DNA of 45,320 nucleotides from a virus. Taxonomy: Duplodnaviria; Caudoviricetes. Position 1 is the stretch's first letter. Every line of letters starts with the position of its first letter. Positions 26,301-35,343 of the stretch are shown piece by piece. Both the position numbers and the translations under genes were made by a program. The stretch covers positions 1 to 45,320 of IMG/VR virus record IMGVR_UViG_3300037657_000015. One strand, written 5' to 3'. Below the pieces are notes generated by a model that was not told the DNA's origin, made no database searches, and saw only the letters and a list, made by a program, of their open reading frames with translations.

Positions 26301-27977
26301 AAATGGGAACTCGTAACCATACTTTGCTCCCTCCCACACATATTTAATTGCATTGGGGCTAATGTCTGGACCACCACGGAATAAAACGTCACCGGAACCC
26401 ATCTTGATGTCTGGTGTTGCCGTGCCTTTTGCCTTTGGCGCTTCTTTAGATATGTCCTCCGCAATCTCCGCTTCTACTGACTTTCTCGTGGACGGTGCAA
26501 TATCCATGCGGCCTTCAAGGTTGAAAACGTCTTCAACAACTCCACCAGACCGGCCAGTCCCTTTTGACATCATTTCATCCGGGAAGTTTTTGTAAGCCCA
26601 TTCAAGTGCTTCGTCCGCATCACGTAATCCCTGCTGTGTTCCCTGTGCGGCTACAGCTTCTTTTGTTAGAATAGTTTCAGCTTCACCACCGGAACGCGCC
26701 ACGACTGCTTGTGCTGCACGTGATTCAGCCTCTGGCGTATTTTCAACAACCTTAGGTGCATTGCCCATTATATCGTCATACGCTTTTGCTATGCCGTCTT
26801 TACCTGTAGATTTGATGGTTCCTAAAGCCAATTCCTTTTGTGCAGGAGTAAGCGCTCTTTCTATTCGCTGCATCCGTTTAATTGTGTTTAAGTCAGCACC
26901 GGCATTGATTGCTTTAGCTGAATTCCCGAATTTATCAAATGCATTAATTATCTTGAACATATCATCTGCTTTGGCAGCACCCTTGATTGTTGCGGCGCCT
27001 GGAACAATCGGCGACACAAGCGCCATGACGAAACCCATTGCCGCCATCCTGTTATTGCCGATGTCAAGACCAACATTTAACGATGTTGGAATGCTATCAT
27101 ATTCTCTTGTTGTGTCGAATGCCGTTTCCCACAATGAGGGAATCGTAGCGTTTGATTCTTCACCAGAAAGCTTTTCGATTACATTCCTTACCGTTCGGAT
27201 TTGCCCTGGACGGCCCTTACCCATCAGAATATTCGGGACAAGTCCGACAACGGGGATTTCTTCAACAACCTTTTGACCTAAATCAAATGCTTTTGTGACA
27301 ATCTTTATTGCCTGTTCTCCCATTGGGACAATGGAATCCTCATATTGCTGTCTCTGTGATTCACGCTCAATATTGGCTGTCCTGTCACCGGCAAATTCCC
27401 CACTACCATCACCAAGTATTTGATTGCCACGCGGCTGGCCAACTGCCCTCTGAGCGCCGATAGCAGCTTTGTCTTGTCTTAGTTCATCGAAACCTTTAGA
27501 CTGGTCCTGCATTGGCTGTATGAGATTGTTCAGCACATTCGGATCAAGCAACTCCTGGAAATCATTAAAGTCGTCTTGCGTTATGTGGTCTGGGAACACG
27601 CGCAACACGCGGTCATATTTGTCGCGGACCAACGCGGCTTTTTCATCCAATCCTTTATACATCGCGGACTTGGTTATATTTTCTTTAAACCAGTTTGTGT
27701 CTTCATCGGTTATTTTTTTCGGGTCAATCTTGATAACCCGGCCCTGCTTGTCTTCAACCATGAATTCAGTTTGGCGCATAATTGTTTTTGGAATGTCGAA
27801 TGCGTCAAAGAATGAAACACCGCCCTGTTTTGGCTGTGTCACTTCTGGCACTGGTTTAAGATTGACGCCCTTTGACTTTGCATTTGAAACATAGGCGTCA
27901 TGGACAAGTGTTGTCGGCTTGTTTGCGTTAATCTGGCTCTGAACTTTTGACGCTACATCAAATGGGTTTTTTGCCAT
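23373..27977 (-). CDS. Large internal virion / DNA ejection protein (1534 aa)
   Basis: Largest of three successive helical genes after the tail genes. KTVWNPSTHARN, FLFDYSD and PFAKFY motifs are typical of large podophage ejection proteins. Confidence 0.7.
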   Translation of the reverse strand: MAKNPFDVASKVQSQINANKPTTLVHDAYVSNAKSKGVNLKPVPEVTQPKQGGVSFFDAFDIPKTIMRQTEFMVEDKQGRVIKIDPKKITDEDTNWFKENITKSAMYKGLDEKAALVRDKYDRVLRVFPDHITQDDFNDFQELLDPNVLNNLIQPMQDQSKGFDELRQDKAAIGAQRAVGQPRGNQILGDGSGEFAGDRTANIERESQRQQYEDSIVPMGEQAIKIVTKAFDLGQKVVEEIPVVGLVPNILMGKGRPGQIRTVRNVIEKLSGEESNATIPSLWETAFDTTREYDSIPTSLNVGLDIGNNRMAAMGFVMALVSPIVPGAATIKGAAKADDMFKIINAFDKFGNSAKAINAGADLNTIKRMQRIERALTPAQKELALGTIKSTGKDGIAKAYDDIMGNAPKVVENTPEAESRAAQAVVARSGGEAETILTKEAVAAQGTQQGLRDADEALEWAYKNFPDEMMSKGTGRSGGVVEDVFNLEGRMDIAPSTRKSVEAEIAEDISKEAPKAKGTATPDIKMGSGDVLFRGGPDISPNAIKYVWEGAKYGYEFPFKLASKVWLKGLSKVDAKLDWGVSNGLISAAEARTRRLVINNVDQDTMLGKFFRTTVAPSAYSNQIVARTRMARNIGFRHFMENVADPLYRQIENDEMSMRVFEAVDGKRDIATLTVKEKTLHDDFVMIRDKMTDDALKDLLLNPNQIRDNYIRYYYDQYENKSLFKRMRGGKDDLRMGFDWQNQRLPELSDAEALNIKAHYELNSVFRQGFNTELKEQMIRELSSGEKVLSDATKRDAIAEYMMSRGVSQEDAVRVIQEHKRGVKGNYIFQEARKFVAEVERKVLKENISPLSEKQSELLKRGISQNKKFWEKGKYMTPEWKEEHLIKSMEAGIRGLSEFSYDLITARHMNAMFNDGDINKLATVWNDLFPRVELSPQTSKLFLSDSHLLEESRTLGKMKAANSAPEKIAAQQRHVDGLTALREANAKLADDSSYVKIPDQSMYGPMRNMYVKRSVKMDIDATIGAPDMGERMLDLISKWTLYRTWKTSKTVWNPSTHARNIMWNAISTWTLADVNPLDFKLWGNTINQMLDKDSDLFKLMQDTGVFESGFGSDVKSYITKMERVIAAEKTMKGGSGWSAMLKTTLDEGVGKSLLKGAKATIDIPARVYGGEEALFKALIINSEIEKAGGWSAVKAMMENGDYTAAQAAVKKAQEFLFDYSDASPLLNAFTKTPFFGSPFAKFYAKFGPMFAKQLARNPHRALFPLAMGAGIQYAAGKKYGKETLKESYEALPDWVRVDFPWVGDYVKASVPVGGEQGDPNSITWWDWTNILPYVDNMSMVFSDYYRGVGMVQAATSSSNPFSPINAPLIRAAADIGYNRDFRNQDIMPDKGGINGSPRNRKAFKEYIYRLLMPSLMPESIGSVETGPGGYGATRIERAKQGRIDPVTGTQRSIKEARLKTYAGIDLSHANVEKYKIYSMYELKKEMENIKKDMKYKYLNALQTKTEKEAREMYEADMESLREINKELSRRGGKR

Positions 27978-27980
27978 TGG

Positions 27981-29219
27981 TTACTTTTTCCTTGCGGGAC
28001 CTACAACAGTCCAACTCGTCCCGCCCTCTTTTGGCTTGGTCCCGGTTTTCCCGGGCGTGGCAATCTTACCTGTGCTTTTATTAGATGGTGCTGCACCAGA
28101 AGCTGGCTTGTTAGCAGATTTAGTAGAAGCTTTTACCCCCTTACTCCTTGCTTGGTTTGGAACGTAAATGTTGGGTGGAGTCCATGAACCAAGTGCGGAT
28201 TCAGTAGTGGTAGGATATCCGCTAATTTCAGGATTATTCATATCGCCGATTTGAGGTATAGGAACGCCAAAGAATGAATTTCCATTAAACGCGTCAATTG
28301 ATTCTTGCGTGATAGGGGCCAACTGGTATTTTTGAAGAAGAGCGTTCATTTCATCCAAAGCATCATTAGCACCCTGCGGATTCTGCATCATTGAGAATGG
28401 GTCAGTTTGGAACTTCTGTATGGTGCTGTTAAGCCTCTTGAAAATCACCATATCAGCATCAGACATCTGTGAATCTGAAAGCTCCTTCTGCTTAATTTGC
28501 ACTTCCAATCCAAGTTTCATAAGTTGAAGCGCGTCTTTTTCCTCTTGGGTTTTGGCTTCTGCTATCGACTGGTTTAGACGTGCGAATCCCAACTGTAAAT
28601 TACCGCGCTGAATTTCAAGCACTGCCTGCCTGTTGGCTTCCGTGTTAGCTACTTGCTGTTGCCTTAATTCAAAATCTCTTTTATCGCTTGCAGCGGTTCT
28701 TTCTTCACGCATTGCAGGAATTGATTTCCTTTGTGTTGATTCACCAAATGGTCTGCGCTGTTCATCATTAAAATCTTTCATTCCGAATCGTTTTGCAGCA
28801 TCACTAAACCATCCACCAGTTGAGTTATGGTAATATGTTGTTACTGCATTATTGGCTTCCTCAAAAGTTACTGGTGTGTCTCGCATCATATTACCGATTG
28901 CTGTTAATCGCTTTTCATTCATCTTGTCAAATCTGTCTTTTTCTTCCTGGATTCCTTTCTTTTCAGAATCGACAAAATCCTTAATGCCAGTTGATAATTT
29001 ATCTTTTCTCTCTTGCCTGTATTTATCCTTTTGCATCCCAAGCTGTTGCTGTTGAATATCAATCTGCTGCGTTCTGAACTGATTATCAAGAGCCTGCTGA
29101 CGCGCTGCCGCTGCGGCTGCTTGTTCGGCCAGTGTTCGCTGACGTTTCATTTCACGGCCCTGCATATTGCCACGGAGATAAGCATCGATTCCTGCCGCAA
29201 AAGGGGTTAGATTAGACAT
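27981..29219 (-). CDS. Putative internal virion / ejection protein
   Basis: Q/A-rich coiled coil. Position within the podovirus ejection cluster. Confidence 0.6.
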   Translation of the reverse strand: MSNLTPFAAGIDAYLRGNMQGREMKRQRTLAEQAAAAAARQQALDNQFRTQQIDIQQQQLGMQKDKYRQERKDKLSTGIKDFVDSEKKGIQEEKDRFDKMNEKRLTAIGNMMRDTPVTFEEANNAVTTYYHNSTGGWFSDAAKRFGMKDFNDEQRRPFGESTQRKSIPAMREERTAASDKRDFELRQQQVANTEANRQAVLEIQRGNLQLGFARLNQSIAEAKTQEEKDALQLMKLGLEVQIKQKELSDSQMSDADMVIFKRLNSTIQKFQTDPFSMMQNPQGANDALDEMNALLQKYQLAPITQESIDAFNGNSFFGVPIPQIGDMNNPEISGYPTTTESALGSWTPPNIYVPNQARSKGVKASTKSANKPASGAAPSNKSTGKIATPGKTGTKPKEGGTSWTVVGPARKK

Positions 29220-29231
29220 GATGTTCTCCTG

Positions 29232-30143
29232 TTAGAAATTCTGGTTACTCAAGTAAAGACTGTTCCTAATCTTGTTGTTGTTTGTTGCGTATGGATCATA
29301 TTTATACTTTTGCTGCGGGTTCAATGAACTGCTCGTCATGCTCCCAAGATTTGGCGGCTGATTAAGCGATGTTGTAGCCATAGGTCTACTGCTCCACGTT
29401 GACGGATTGAATGGTGAATAATTAGCAGATGGCTGCGTTGTCATTGTCTGCGGAGTCATCCCACGTCCAACATCTGCAACGTCATCGGCTGTTCCACCTC
29501 CGCCGTCACCCTGCATTCCAATGTATGTTCCTACAGCATTACTAAGACTGCCCCATTGGTTCTGTATCGCGTTAGCTTGGTTCTGTGCCGCCGCACCCTG
29601 CGCGCCGTATGTTCCCGCTGCCTGGAAAGGCAAGTTTTGAATCTGGCCGGCCATGTTTGATAGATTGCCTGCCGCGTTGCGCTTCAAATCCTCGTTAGCA
29701 AAAAACAGATCACGGCCGGCACTCTGCATTCCAAGTGTGCGCTGTTCTCCTAATCTGTCCATGGCCCGCATATATGTTCCACTTGACGGGTCTGCCGCAA
29801 ATCCAGACTGCCCGATCCTGTTGTTTAAGTCATTCACACTTGCATTGTATGCATGGTCAACAGCTTCACGTAGAGAGCTATTCTGTAACGCCTGTTCCTG
29901 TGTTCCATATCCTTGAGTTGCGTCCGAATACTGACGGGCAATAGCAAGTTCCCATGGTGACATTCCTGATTCCGGTGCAGCACCATTGAAATTATAGAAT
30001 TGATTGTATGGGTCCATTCCCTGCTGTGCTAATTGACCCTGCGCCCGCATAGCATCGTTAGCTTGATTCTGCGCGTTCTTACTTTCCTTCTTACCTAAGT
30101 ATGAAGTCCCAAGAGCAATAAGCCCGCCAACTGGTCCGCCCAT
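29232..30143 (-). CDS. Putative internal virion / pilot protein
   Basis: N-terminal GGPVGGLIALG..LG..K..K.AQ.QA pattern. G/A/Q/N-rich. Confidence 0.65.
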   Translation of the reverse strand: MGGPVGGLIALGTSYLGKKESKNAQNQANDAMRAQGQLAQQGMDPYNQFYNFNGAAPESGMSPWELAIARQYSDATQGYGTQEQALQNSSLREAVDHAYNASVNDLNNRIGQSGFAADPSSGTYMRAMDRLGEQRTLGMQSAGRDLFFANEDLKRNAAGNLSNMAGQIQNLPFQAAGTYGAQGAAAQNQANAIQNQWGSLSNAVGTYIGMQGDGGGGTADDVADVGRGMTPQTMTTQPSANYSPFNPSTWSSRPMATTSLNQPPNLGSMTSSSLNPQQKYKYDPYATNNNKIRNSLYLSNQNF

Positions 30144-30144
30144 T

Positions 30145-30480
30145 TTAGTTCACTTCCTTTTCAACCGTTATTTCACCGTTAATGATTTTCTTTAAGAACA
30201 GATATGTTTTCAAAGAATCCTCACCTTTTATGCTTCCTGGTTCAACATTGTTTTTGGACCACCAGAACCCGCATGTCCTGCGAGTCATTTTAACAATAGG
30301 ACATTCACGACATGAAAGATATTTAACATTGTTTAAAACAGTTTCCTTTTTATACTTTGGACATAGGCCACAGCGTTCATCCTTTGTCGCCATCTTTATT
30401 TCAGCCGCATCCTTGTTAAATAAAAAGGTTCGGTAGATATCCTGCCAGTCCTCAAGCTCTTTTTGCAGTTCACTTGTCAT
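30145..30480 (-). CDS. Cys-cluster hypothetical protein
   Basis: CGLC...CRECPI...C. ATGA-coupled within the structural operon. Confidence 0.65.
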   Translation of the reverse strand: MTSELQKELEDWQDIYRTFLFNKDAAEIKMATKDERCGLCPKYKKETVLNNVKYLSCRECPIVKMTRRTCGFWWSKNNVEPGSIKGEDSLKTYLFLKKIINGEITVEKEVN

Positions 30481-31166
30481 ACTGCCTCTACTACCATTGA
30501 TACATTGCTAATAGTTCCTGCTGACCCAACATTCCACGCTGCCCCTGCGTAAAGAATAACGATTGCTGTTTTAGAGAATGGAGTCGTCAATCCGCTTGTG
30601 GTTGTCGCGTCAATCCACATTGTTCTTTCTTGTGTAAGTCCCCCACCATTTATACATGATGATACAACTTCAAATCGAGCATCTCGCGAACCAGAAGAAG
30701 AAAGATCCTCTGCTGCTGCTGCGCCTACCTTCATGCGCAATGGTAGAAGTCCATCATATGCGCCAACACCTGGACCGTCAAACTGCATTGACAGTGTGAC
30801 CTTTAATCCATTTGTTGCTGTGTTTGCCGGAACCGTAACCGAACACGCTGTCCATGAAGCACCGCTTGAAGATGCCGCGCTCGTAGAATCAAAATCATAT
30901 CCTACAAGTTTTGACGCTCCAAGTGTGTTTGAAATTCCAGTACCAACAGCCGTTTCAAGTGTTGAAATATCAGATGTGTTTGTTGCGATATCAGCAGTGT
31001 TCGTTGCAATGTCTGCAACATTCGTAGCAATATCAGCCGTGTTGGTTGCGATGTTGGCGTCAGAGATAACCGATGCCGCCGCGATCTTGGCCAATTCAGC
31101 ATCTAATGCACTGGCATTGTTGTTTGTCGCCGTAGATGAAAATGTTGCGCCCTTAGTGTAAGACAT
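30477..31166 (-). CDS. Tail needle-like trimeric coiled-coil protein with C-terminal beta domain
   Basis: Heptads IATNTAD/IATNVAD/IATNTAD/IATNTSD. Directly follows the nozzle gene, as P22 gp26 follows gp10. Confidence 0.65.
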   Translation of the reverse strand: MSYTKGATFSSTATNNNASALDAELAKIAAASVISDANIATNTADIATNVADIATNTADIATNTSDISTLETAVGTGISNTLGASKLVGYDFDSTSAASSSGASWTACSVTVPANTATNGLKVTLSMQFDGPGVGAYDGLLPLRMKVGAAAAEDLSSSGSRDARFEVVSSCINGGGLTQERTMWIDATTTSGLTTPFSKTAIVILYAGAAWNVGSAGTISNVSMVVEAV

Positions 31167-31177
31167 TTCTTTACTCC

Positions 31178-32986
31178 TTAAGTTGTCTCTACCGAGTAGT
31201 CTATTGTTGCTCCTTCAAATACGCAATCACCAGTCATTGTATTCGTAATAAAGTCGCATCCTATATGCGCTCCAACAACTCCCTGGGCAATCATCTGGCG
31301 CTCAATCCTGTCAGTAGTTGTTGAAGACCATCCACCGTCCCATCCACCGTCCCAAATCAACTCAACTGCATGCGTAAGGGTATGTGTCGATGTGAACCCG
31401 GTTCGTGTGCGAGGGGTTATTGTAACGGTGTCAGAAGCAACGCTCATGGTTGCCTCTGCCGCAAGGTTCCATGCTTTCTTGAATAAATACGGCAATCCCG
31501 CATCATCGAGTCTGCTTTGAAGTTCAGCTACAAATCCTGCCGAATCATCAGTTGAACCTGTTTCCTCTGTGCGGATAAATCCGTATGCATCACCAGAGTA
31601 CCAATTGTTGTTATCGTTTTCATTGTTTGCCACACACATTGCGCTGATCATCTTTTGCGACATGTACGGAGTCCAGGATTCAAATGCAACATGATATTCA
31701 AGCACCAGGTCATTATTGACGCTGTTCTGGTTTGACGGGACAGAGAAATAAATCTTACCGTTCCCACGGTCAACAGCAATGGCATTGGCCATGGTTGATT
31801 CAGTAACATTGTCGAACAGGCTATCTATGTCCAGAGAAATGCGAATCGGATTAAAATCATTCCCCATTTTGTAGATATATCCAAACCGACCAACAAAATA
31901 TAAAAACCCATTGGACACAATCATTGAGCGTGGGGCGATAACGCCATTGTCTTCTATCTGGCGAACCTTTACCCAATTGAGTGAGTCTTCATTTTCGCAT
32001 CCCCAAAACACCCATATAACATTTGACTTTGCAACAACCAGTGCATCTCCGAATGAGGCCATTCCTGTACATACGCCGCCATAGCCCTTATCAATATCTT
32101 CATAGTATGTATCCGGGAAGGCCCATGGCTTATTCAAAATTGACCATGCAACCCTTGAAGTATTCGCTGACTGGTGCGATGTAAAAAGCCTGTTCTTATG
32201 AAGGCACACATATTTTGATCCAACAGGTGCAACGTTATCTGCTGCGCTGAATGAAGCATTGTCCTGTAAATCTGCATCAGCAGTACTATCAGCATACGAG
32301 CTTGTGGCATTTGTTACAGTTGTAAGAAGGTAATAATCAGTCCCGCCATCAGTTGTCCTGTAAATGCGAATGCTCGTTACCTGTGCATCTGTGCTTGCTG
32401 TGTAACCAACAGCCACGCTTGCTTTACTTGTAAATACGCCTGTTGAAGCAACGGCTTCTTTAGCGTCTGATTCATGCAGTGTTGTTGAATTGTAATATGT
32501 ATATTTGTAAGTGTATCCAACGCTTGCTGAGAACGATCCTGCTACTCCAGAAACCGTTATTGTAGGCGCAACAGTTGGCCCGACTATTCCCCAATTTGTT
32601 ACGGAGGTCATATCATACTTAACCATATTTGTTCCATCAGCAATAAAGCAAAGCCTTTGGAAACTTTCAAATGAAAGCGGATTGCCAGTCAATCCAGTTT
32701 TAAGCGTAGTAAGAGATGAACCATTAACCTTTTTTAGATTAGTGGTTTCCCCGGCAAGTACTTGCGTTGTCGTATCTCTTGAAAATTTGTATAGGCTGTG
32801 AATCTTGTTTGTTGCAGACGTGTTAATCTTTAATCTACCGCCACGCTTTTGTAGCTTGGCGATATTGTTCATGGTTAGATTGCTGCCGCCACGGAATTGA
32901 TTTTCCGGTAGCGCAGTAGGAAGCGCCCTATAATTAACGCCTCCGCTGAAATTCCTAAAATGTAAGAACTGGCTTTTTCCGCGCAT
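31178..32986 (-). CDS. Tail nozzle / DNA stabilization protein (P22 gp10- or T7 gp12-like) with FN3-like insert
   Basis: NFSGGVN..LP.NQ...N....LQKRGG N-terminus, propeller-like repeats (HKNRLF, RVAWS) and C-terminal WDGGWDGGW. Confidence 0.8.
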   Translation of the reverse strand: MRGKSQFLHFRNFSGGVNYRALPTALPENQFRGGSNLTMNNIAKLQKRGGRLKINTSATNKIHSLYKFSRDTTTQVLAGETTNLKKVNGSSLTTLKTGLTGNPLSFESFQRLCFIADGTNMVKYDMTSVTNWGIVGPTVAPTITVSGVAGSFSASVGYTYKYTYYNSTTLHESDAKEAVASTGVFTSKASVAVGYTASTDAQVTSIRIYRTTDGGTDYYLLTTVTNATSSYADSTADADLQDNASFSAADNVAPVGSKYVCLHKNRLFTSHQSANTSRVAWSILNKPWAFPDTYYEDIDKGYGGVCTGMASFGDALVVAKSNVIWVFWGCENEDSLNWVKVRQIEDNGVIAPRSMIVSNGFLYFVGRFGYIYKMGNDFNPIRISLDIDSLFDNVTESTMANAIAVDRGNGKIYFSVPSNQNSVNNDLVLEYHVAFESWTPYMSQKMISAMCVANNENDNNNWYSGDAYGFIRTEETGSTDDSAGFVAELQSRLDDAGLPYLFKKAWNLAAEATMSVASDTVTITPRTRTGFTSTHTLTHAVELIWDGGWDGGWSSTTTDRIERQMIAQGVVGAHIGCDFITNTMTGDCVFEGATIDYSVETT

Positions 32987-32988
32987 TG

Positions 32989-34068
32989 TCAGTACCTGTA
33001 TTGAAGGTATACATCTGTTGCATGATCGAACTCAGCCGGCCCTCTATCTTCAACTTCAGCCTTTGCCTGTTCGAAAAGTGAACTCATATCATTTAGATAC
33101 GATCTCGATTCATCAAACAGACGCCGCTTTTTCTTACCCCATGAAACGGCACCGTATATCAACGCCCACTGATAATCAAGAGGGATAATTGGCGACGTAG
33201 CCGTTGGAGTTTCATAAAGCAATGTAGGCAATGCTACATAATATGCCTGCAAAAGATTCCCGGCTGCGCTCGGATACGGATACGTTTCGAGAACATAACC
33301 GCTTTTCGCATACGAACCGAATGCGGTCTTCGTTATCAACGTTGCATCATCCATATTGTCAGCGTATGAACTTGTTGCATTGGCCACGGTTGTTACGAGA
33401 TAATACGAACTACCTGCATCGGCTGTTCTATAAATCCGTATGTAGTCAACATTGGGATCTCCGCTTTCAACATATGCAACAGCAACGCTTAACTTATTCG
33501 TAAAAATCCCGCTTGATACTCCGTTTGGAGCGCCGGATTCCTGCGTCGTTTGGCTATTGTAATATGTGTATTTGTACTTGTACCCAGATACCGCAGAGAA
33601 TGTTCCACCAGTCCCAGAAACGGTTAAGGTAGGCGCGCTTGTTGGGTTATCCAATCCGTGCAAGTCTGAATCGGAATACCTTATGTTGTAATACAATGGT
33701 GTCCCTGGCGTGTTTATCCCGGAAAACCAACCCTCATTAGATGCCTGTACCTTATCCATTTCATGAAGCATTCGCAGAGTTGTTCCGTCAAGCCAGAAAA
33801 CACCACTCTTTGAATCGAGCTTCATAAAATCACTTGGTAAATTATGAATTGGACTATTCGCCACAGATGCAGATGCATTTACATAAGTTGAACCAACAAG
33901 GTAATTTGTCATCTTTACAGTCCAACTCGTATATCTGCAAAATGACATATAAGCTTGATTCAGCCATGCTAAAATGCGCGCATCAACAAAGTACGGAGTT
34001 GTGGCCGCACTTGACGCTGGTTCGTCCAATAGCTCTCGAACTTCTGCAATCAGTTCGGTGGCATTCAT
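32989..34068 (-). CDS. Head-tail adaptor with inserted FN3-like domain
   Basis: MNATELIAEVRELLDE..ILAWLNQAY, LPSDF, GTPLYY, YPYP and IPLDYQWALIYGA adaptor motifs. Confidence 0.8.
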   Translation of the reverse strand: MNATELIAEVRELLDEPASSAATTPYFVDARILAWLNQAYMSFCRYTSWTVKMTNYLVGSTYVNASASVANSPIHNLPSDFMKLDSKSGVFWLDGTTLRMLHEMDKVQASNEGWFSGINTPGTPLYYNIRYSDSDLHGLDNPTSAPTLTVSGTGGTFSAVSGYKYKYTYYNSQTTQESGAPNGVSSGIFTNKLSVAVAYVESGDPNVDYIRIYRTADAGSSYYLVTTVANATSSYADNMDDATLITKTAFGSYAKSGYVLETYPYPSAAGNLLQAYYVALPTLLYETPTATSPIIPLDYQWALIYGAVSWGKKKRRLFDESRSYLNDMSSLFEQAKAEVEDRGPAEFDHATDVYLQYRY

Positions 34069-34086
34069 GGTATTGCCCCCTTATGA

Positions 34087-34413
34087 TTACACAGCGTTTC
34101 CGTAGCCCATCGCCAGAATAGTGAATATTGATGCTGTCTTGGTCGTACCACCGTAACCGTAAAGCCTAACAGTGCATCCCGTAGTCGTAGTTGCGATCTC
34201 ATGCCGAACGGCAGAAGCGTGTGCGACAGACACAGCCGGTGCAACTTTGAACGCCTGGGGCCACACGAATGTATACAGGCTCGTATCAGAAAGAGTGCAG
34301 CTTCCAGTGCCTGTAGTGCCGTTTGTAAGTCCGAATCCACCAGAGACAGTCCCGTTTGCAGCCACGTTGCCAAGACAAATCTGAAGTTCCCTTTTCGCTT
34401 TATTCATTGCCAT
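34087..34413 (-). CDS. Small putative structural protein (H-lectin/fibre-tip-like)
   Basis: YTFVWPQAFKVAPAVSV...FTILAMG pattern. GGAGG RBS before ATG 34413. Confidence 0.65.
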   Translation of the reverse strand: MAMNKAKRELQICLGNVAANGTVSGGFGLTNGTTGTGSCTLSDTSLYTFVWPQAFKVAPAVSVAHASAVRHEIATTTTGCTVRLYGYGGTTKTASIFTILAMGYGNAV

Positions 34414-34777
34414 CTTGTTTCGCCTCCATATCAAAGTCTTTGCCATGCAAAGCTTTTGCGATGCCTTGGACAAGCGCTCTCGCAACTTTAAATGCCATTT
34501 CCCCTACCCTGTCGTCACGATCTTTTTCAATCTTGGAAATATCCATGTCCTTATATTGGAAAACAAATGCCATCGATTCACCAACACACTCTAAATCCTC
34601 TGTAAGCGATGTCTCTGTTTTCTTATATAATTGAACATTGAATCCAAGACACAGACTATCAACGCTGCCGCCAGCATCAATTATCATTTGATTCGATTTA
34701 TCGCACATGAGTCCAATCGCTTGGTCAACATCTGCCATATCGTCACGGCGCATAATCTCAAATGCTGCGTTCTGCAA
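34400..34777 (-). CDS. Hypothetical protein
   Basis: Fills the gap between the terminator and the next gene. GGAG RBS before TTG; the start is uncertain. Confidence 0.6.
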   Translation of the reverse strand: MQNAAFEIMRRDDMADVDQAIGLMCDKSNQMIIDAGGSVDSLCLGFNVQLYKKTETSLTEDLECVGESMAFVFQYKDMDISKIEKDRDDRVGEMAFKVARALVQGIAKALHGKDFDMEAKQDGNE

Positions 34778-34795
34778 AATCGTGTCTCCAGGTTT

Positions 34796-34825
34796 AAAAA
34801 ATGTGAGGGGATTATGGCTCCCCTC
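34796..34825 (-). terminator. Rho-independent terminator after the capsid/decoration genes
   Basis: On the minus strand, GAGGGGA-gccataa-TCCCCTC followed by ACATTTTTT. Confidence 0.7.
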
Positions 34826-34837
34826 CGGCCATGTTGT

Positions 34838-35314
34838 TTAGCAGGGATACATCAGATATACGGTTGTGGTAGTGCCCGCGCCGAGCCCGGTCTCAAGAGT
34901 CTGCGCAACGCCATTTGCAATCGTGGACGTCTTAGCAGCAAAAAGACCTGCCGTTGAAGCATGGGCCATAAGTGTCGCGCCAGCCGCAACAGAGCTTGTA
35001 ACATACGCTTTTGCTACGCCTGTCTTCTTAATGAACCCGTAAGTTCCTGCACTGAAGTACTGTTGCGTCACGCCGCAGCCTACAGTTGAGCTTGTAACGG
35101 GTTTCTTCACGACTGTGAACGTTGTCCCGTCAACAGCCGACTGGATGCCCACCTGGAAATAGGAGCTGATCACAGAACTCACATAGACGTACTGCCAATT
35201 AGCGCCTGTTAGTTCATCTGTGTAGATCGCTCCCGGCGGATAGACGGCTTTTGAAGTCGTGCTGGTAAGGTCGCCACCCTTAACGAGTCCGTTTAGTTTC
35301 ATGTTACCTGACAT
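34838..35314 (-). CDS. Capsid decoration/cement protein
   Basis: Directly follows the MCP gene. YPPG....G..WQYV and GTYGFI...G..AAG..L pattern. Confidence 0.72.
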   Translation of the reverse strand: MSGNMKLNGLVKGGDLTSTTSKAVYPPGAIYTDELTGANWQYVYVSSVISSYFQVGIQSAVDGTTFTVVKKPVTSSTVGCGVTQQYFSAGTYGFIKKTGVAKAYVTSSVAAGATLMAHASTAGLFAAKTSTIANGVAQTLETGLGAGTTTTVYLMYPC

Positions 35315-35343
35315 GTTGATTTCTCCTTTCCGCTATCCGGCAA

